The translations under genes were made by a program, and so were the position numbers. From positions 2,602,449-2,666,448 of the forward strand of contig CM082597.2 in assembly GCA_040954595.2 (NCBI GenBank): a stretch of DNA of 64,000 nt, in the 5' to 3' direction. This stretch comes from Balanoglossus misakiensis (taxonomy: Eukaryota > Animalia > Hemichordata). Of this stretch, positions 58,654 to 64,000 are shown in pieces (positions within the stretch are counted from its first letter, which is position 1; every line of letters begins with the position of its first letter). Under the pieces are notes generated by a model. The model ran no database searches and was not told where the DNA came from. It saw nothing but the letters and a program-made list of their open reading frames with translations.

Positions 58654-59000
58654 CTTGCGACGAGGGTAAACGGTATCGCGATCGTTTTACCGCGATCGCG
58701 TAACAGAAATCGGGTTTACAGACAATCGACATATTCAGAAGTAATTGACAGTTGCTTCAGGATACTATCGAACGAGTTTCCTGTCCATTCCCGTTCAGTA
58801 TCGACTCAAAATCTCCGTATCTTCCGACCACAACACAGACGAAATATCGCAAAATGGCGACATACACGAGCTATTTTTCCCAGCATGCGATGCGAGTTTG
58901 TTTCTCATTAGCATATCGCCATGGTGATACCCTGCGTGTTCAGAGTATGTAGACGCTGAACGCGAAACCATAGACGCCGTGGCATGGCGACTTCAAAAGC
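58654..59000 (-). promoter_or_regulatory. Probable JHY promoter and non-coding first exon
   Basis: CpG-rich patch with a strong minus-strand donor AAG|GTAAGT at 58654/58653. It could splice to the acceptor at 55486, upstream of the JHY ATG. X-box-like near-palindrome ATCGCCATGGTGAT near 58915-58928. Confidence 0.5.
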
Positions 59001-60816
59001 TGCCAAAGTAAATGTTTAAGGTCTTTGGAAATAATTGCAATGGCGATATAGTGGCGACCTTTAATCAAGAAGTTTCCAGAAAGAGAAAAAGAGGCAACTG
59101 ACAGTATTTAGACGTCAACTGGTGGCCTCGGAAACCTAAAAAAATTTACGCGCACCAGCCACTGCGGAGGACAACACGCTAAAATTTCCCAGGGTATTTA
59201 ACAAGGTTATTCGACCGTGTCATTTGTGCGCAGTTGACGGTAAAATTAAGCTTCCAGAAACGTGCAGACGACGATACTTCTTTACTCTGAAATATAGCTA
59301 ATGATTTTGCCTCCAACCAATTTTTGACGCCTGTCTAAACGACTATTAATGCAGACTGAAAATGTAGGCCTATTCTAAGAATAGTCTGAGGTCGATAGCA
59401 CCTTTTGTCGGGTAGAATTGACTGTAAGCTCATACAACGAAGTGTGTGGTAAAGTGGTTTTAAGCAGCTTAAATATAAAAGTTTTTCAATTGACTCATTT
59501 CAAAGTGGCTGAATAGAATATTATATTTTTGGATAATGTTTTCCCAGCTGACAATCAATTTAGAATATGCGATACTAATCATCCAAGACACATAAACCAA
59601 AAAAGTGGCAAACATACTCTAGTTTTTATTACCGTACATTATGAACAGATGCAACTCCAATACATGACAATAACGTTCATATTCATCAAAAACACGAGAT
59701 TTGGAACATGATTGATCAATAATACTGCAACACTATGAAACAAAAACTATTATACATAATGCTGAAAGGCAAAAGTGAAAGACGAATAACTTAAAATATT
59801 CTGGAATACAACTCTCAACTAACATGGAAAGACATGATTTCTTAGAGAGAAATATTGGTCATTTACTTTTAAATAGGCATGGTGTCCATACAATTTTATT
59901 TGATCTTTCAATTTAATTTCTTTTGATTGAGACACGAATGAAAATAATGTAATCTAATTTATACGTGATTTTTTAACCTTGTCAAAATTTCACTTCAAAG
60001 TTCAAAGACAAATTCAAGTTGACACACACACATTTCGTGGACTCAAGTATCACATGCCATGAAAATTTCAATCTAGAAAATTATATATTCGAAGATTTCT
60101 GGGTAAATATATGTATAAAATAATTATTTTCTCTTTCTATCTTTCTAATATAAATATCATAAGATATCTAAGAAACACAGTATAAGGACATGCATGACAA
60201 TAACTTTGAGTAAACTTAACTTGACTAGTTTCAGTCGTACAGTCAAAAACAGTACATTTTTAAATTGTGGGATGAATTTACAAAATTGCTTTATACATTG
60301 GCAGATAATGTATGAAAGAAAAAAATATAATAAAGGTGTACATTTAATTATTACCAGAAGAAAAGGGCAGTAGTTTTTACTACTAATGAATAATAGAATA
60401 GTGGACATTTCTAAGCATAGTGCGCCCTCTACATCAACGCCCTCTAGAGTTTACGAACACATAGCGCTCAAGATAACACAATAATAATCACACTGAGACC
60501 TCACTTATAGCAGAGACCCTGGAAAGGGACCTGCTTTATTGTATGAAGCACACACGACAGGCGAATGTTGAATAATATTTTACTTCAGGATAATATACTT
60601 ATTTACATGTTTGACTATGTGTCGGTTCTATATGCTGGGAAATAACTGGACCAAGTGTGAGGTCAACACACATCAATATGTGACCCTGTGTGAGGTCACT
60701 GACTTGTTGTTATTTACTTTTTGAATGATCTGTGATTCACACACCGAGCAATCAGTCAATAAACAGAAATGTCAGACCTCCTGTACAATGATTTGGATGT
60801 TGATCTTGCGAACGCT

Positions 60817-63485
60817 TTAATGAGGTGATATTATAATTCTTGTTATGTGGCACACCAGGTCTTCTTGGCTTGTGTAGGCAGTCTTGCAGCCCTTGCAGTA
60901 GAAGGGAACTTCGGAATTCTGGTGCCAGCTTGTGTGGAGGGTATACAGGACGACATCACTGAACTTCCAACCGCAGTACGTGCACTCGAAGCCACTACCA
61001 ACATTCTTGGTTGGCTTCGCGGCGTTGACTTTCGAGCTGGCGGCGTCGCTGATTGTTTCCGGTGGGTGCTCGGACGTGGCCATGCGCGTGACGTGGCAGA
61101 AGAATTTGTCGCGTTGACCGCAGTCCATCCGGCAGCCTTTGCATTTGAATGGTTCGGCTTCGCTGTGATGCCAACTGCTGTGCAGGGTGTGCTGCACGGA
61201 GTCGGTGAACTGGATGTCGCAGTGCTTGCACTGCAGGCGTTCGTCTTCCGCATAAGCGGGAGCCAGCCCCTGTTCCCGGGTCAACGCTACCTTCCCTCTG
61301 TCTCTGTGTTCCCCGGTCTGTGTGGAAATGGTGGACGACTTGGGTATTCCGTCCGGCTGCATGGACGAGTCGATTTCACAGTCTCGTTCTTCCTTGCATT
61401 GGCGAGCCGAATCCTCCAGGCCCGCTGCAGCTCTTCCCTTGTTTCTTCCTGACCGCAGCTGACATTCAGCCGAGAGATCCTTATTAGCGACCTCCTCATT
61501 TGTCTGACAGGCGTACTCCTGCACCAGATTCTGCATCACAGACATCTCGTCATCGGCCAACCGTCGCAGATCTTCAAAGTCTGGATTGATCTCCAGGCCC
61601 TGCTTTTTCAGATCTCCCTCCTGCAGCATAGACGTGCTGCTTACCGTGACATCATCAGCCTTCTCCTCATGACCTTTACCCTCTGACCCCAAAGCATCAC
61701 CTTCTGAGGGTACAGTGTTACCCTCATCCCTCCTCAGCGAGTAAACATTCAGTATTTTGGGGAGAAAGCAAGCCTCCTCGCCTTGCTGCCCCTCCTCCTC
61801 CTCCTCCATCTCCTCCTCTTCATCTTTTATTTGCACTTTCTTTTCTCCAGTGACTTTACCTTTAATCCCCTTAATGGTAGCCTCCAGTTTAGCTCTCTTG
61901 GTCTTGTCTCGGACACTTGGCAGTCCGCTTCTCTTGAGTCCTTGTTGCCATGGAGACTCATTAACGCAATTAACTTCTTGTTGACCCCTCGGTGCTGAAC
62001 CATCATCTTGGGGTTCAGAGGAAGATTCCTGACCTCCTTCACTGAAGACTTTGTTGTTCTGATCTAGATCTCTTTTGACATTATCAGATCCTTCATCACC
62101 TTGTTCATCACCACCTTTTTCTCCCTCTTCTCCATCTTCCATCTCGAGTTTGTGACTCAAATCGAGCTGCCAAATCCAAACAGAAATCAGTAGTGAGTTG
62201 CAGTGAGGTCAGACCCATGCAGTGAGGTCAGACCCAGTCACTCTCTGAGTGACATTCATGTCTTTTGTTTAAAAAAATAGAACTAAGGTCAGCAGACATA
62301 AATGGCAACAATAAACTTAACTTGTACTTCATGTGTGTCGACTTCAAGGGCCATAACACATAAAGTTGTTACATTTCCTGCATATTCATCTAGCATAGAT
62401 ACATTGTAACATTCCTTGAATATGTTGAGACTTTGTAGCCATTAAATGCATGTACTGCAACATAATGCATGCAAGCAGTAGCATTATACTCTACTAGTAG
62501 TTTTTATGATACTTACTGCTCGTGGATCAGGGTTACGTTGGTGAGTGGATTCTTCTGGCATCAGAAAGTCTGTTCTGAATGGCATGTTGAAGGGGTACAG
62601 AGGAATGACTATGTTACAATTTGTAGTTTGTGCCAAAGTGGCAAAACCAACAGTGGTTGGGATGTCTTGTTTGCCTGTGATGAAGGGATTCAATTCTGCA
62701 CTGCTGGAGTCTTGACGCTGTTGGTTTGCTGCTGTAGTATCTGTTGTGTTTGGAGACGTTTCTGGATTTGACGCAGGGGTGGGGGAGACAGGGAAGTAAA
62801 CAGGGATGTCTTTTATGTGCGGGTGCTTGCGGCTGTAGTGAGCGTTGAGGAGCGTCTGGTTGCGGAAGCTGGCGTCGCACGCCCCACAACGGTACGGCCG
62901 TTCTCCAGAATGAACGCGGAGATGGTAGTCCAAGCCTTGCTTGGACGAGAGGAGTCTGCCACATATTTCACAAGTGAAGGGTTTCAACCCAACGTGCGTG
63001 CGCAAATGGTATTTAAGTCCGCTTGGCGTGGAGAAGTGGCGATCGCAGTGAGGGCAACGTACACGTTCGCATTCACGATACTCTCTCGGCCTCATTGATG
63101 AAGCGTCCACATTCAGTAAACCGGAAGTGTTGTCTTTCAATCTTGTCGGGGAGAAACTAATATGCAATGGAGCGCTGATGGAGGGAGGGCCGTTTGTTAC
63201 ACTCAGAGGACCGTGAGACGAAAGCGTCGCGGTCTGTGCTGGGCCTGTCGTTAGACTATCTTTCTTCCGGTGTGTTCGCTTGTGAGCAGTCAGTGTGCTA
63301 TACCAACAGAAAGACCTGTCGCACATATTACACTTCAGAGGTTTCAAACCTTCATGCATCCACTCATGCTGCCTCAGGTACAACTCATTGGGACAAATTT
63401 TGTGGCAATACTGGCATTCGTACTCATTGTTCGAATTCTTTTGTCTTTTCCTCGTCCAATATGGCCGCTCCCCAGTCACATTCAT
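60817..63485 (-). CDS. C2H2 zinc-finger transcription factor with 5 N-terminal fingers and two Ikaros/Hunchback-type C-terminal finger pairs (at least 772 aa; 5' end may extend outside the window)
   Basis: Exons 63495(acceptor)/63485(ATG)-62517 and 62166-60817, joined in phase 0. Five CxxC-x12-H-x3-4-H fingers with GLKPF and GERPY linkers. C-terminal CKHCDIQF..HTLHSSWH..PFKCKGC..HVTR and CTYCGWKFSDVVLYTLHTSWH..PFYCKGC..HITR. Confidence 0.9.
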
Positions 63486-64000
63486 GGTTCCAGCTCTGAG
63501 AAACAAAAACACAGAATACAAAATTGCACTTTTCATACTGTACAGAAATACACTATAGAGTTATACTGCTTGTAAAATAAGGAGGCACCGTCATTAGTTG
63601 CATAAGCTGTAATACATCCAAACAATATGCTTGTCAAGACTATCCATAATTATCATGAAAGGTAGCCATTAATTTTTCTCAATATGTCAAGTTATAAAAC
63701 ACTGTGTCCTGGTGACTATAACATAGTTACGAAAATAGAATTGTTACCAGTAGTTATGAAGATTCCATACTGAAAAACACTGCTTCTGAAAACAAACTAA
63801 TCCTGTGAACAAACGGAATACTAGTGCTGATTAGTGAACACTAAACAGAAATCTCATGGCCTGGCAAGATCTGGTACATTGAGATGAAATAGTAATAACA
63901 ATACATTATGCATGGATACATTATTTTATCATTCAGTAATTATACCAGCATAAATAACTTCACTAAAGTAAAAAAACGATGGCTGATGCAGCCTGTACAT

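Overview
AT-rich animal genomic DNA with GT-AG introns. The gene content suggests an invertebrate, possibly a non-vertebrate deuterostome; that assignment is inference. I assembled four spliced protein-coding genes by hand, and every exon phase closes. (1) MRPL41, + strand, 4 coding exons, 5716-6789. (2) A SIK3/QSK salt-inducible kinase, + strand, 13 exons, 11487-42806, with a 23.3 kb first intron. (3) A JHY/C11orf63 ciliary protein, - strand, 55328-47997, convergent with SIK3. (4) A C2H2 zinc-finger factor, - strand, 63485-60817. The rest is introns, microsatellites, short tandem duplications, MITE-like repeats and a tRNA-like fragment. There is no prokaryotic system, CRISPR array or intact transposase. 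Most notable: the SIK3 ends in a MARK-type KA1 domain, and an upstream candidate alternative last exon would remove it; the zinc-finger protein has two tandem Ikaros/Hunchback-type C-terminal finger pairs; CRE, nuclear-receptor and X-box motifs cluster around SIK3; and there is a candidate divergent first exon next to MRPL41. All homology calls come from recalled family motifs, not database searches.
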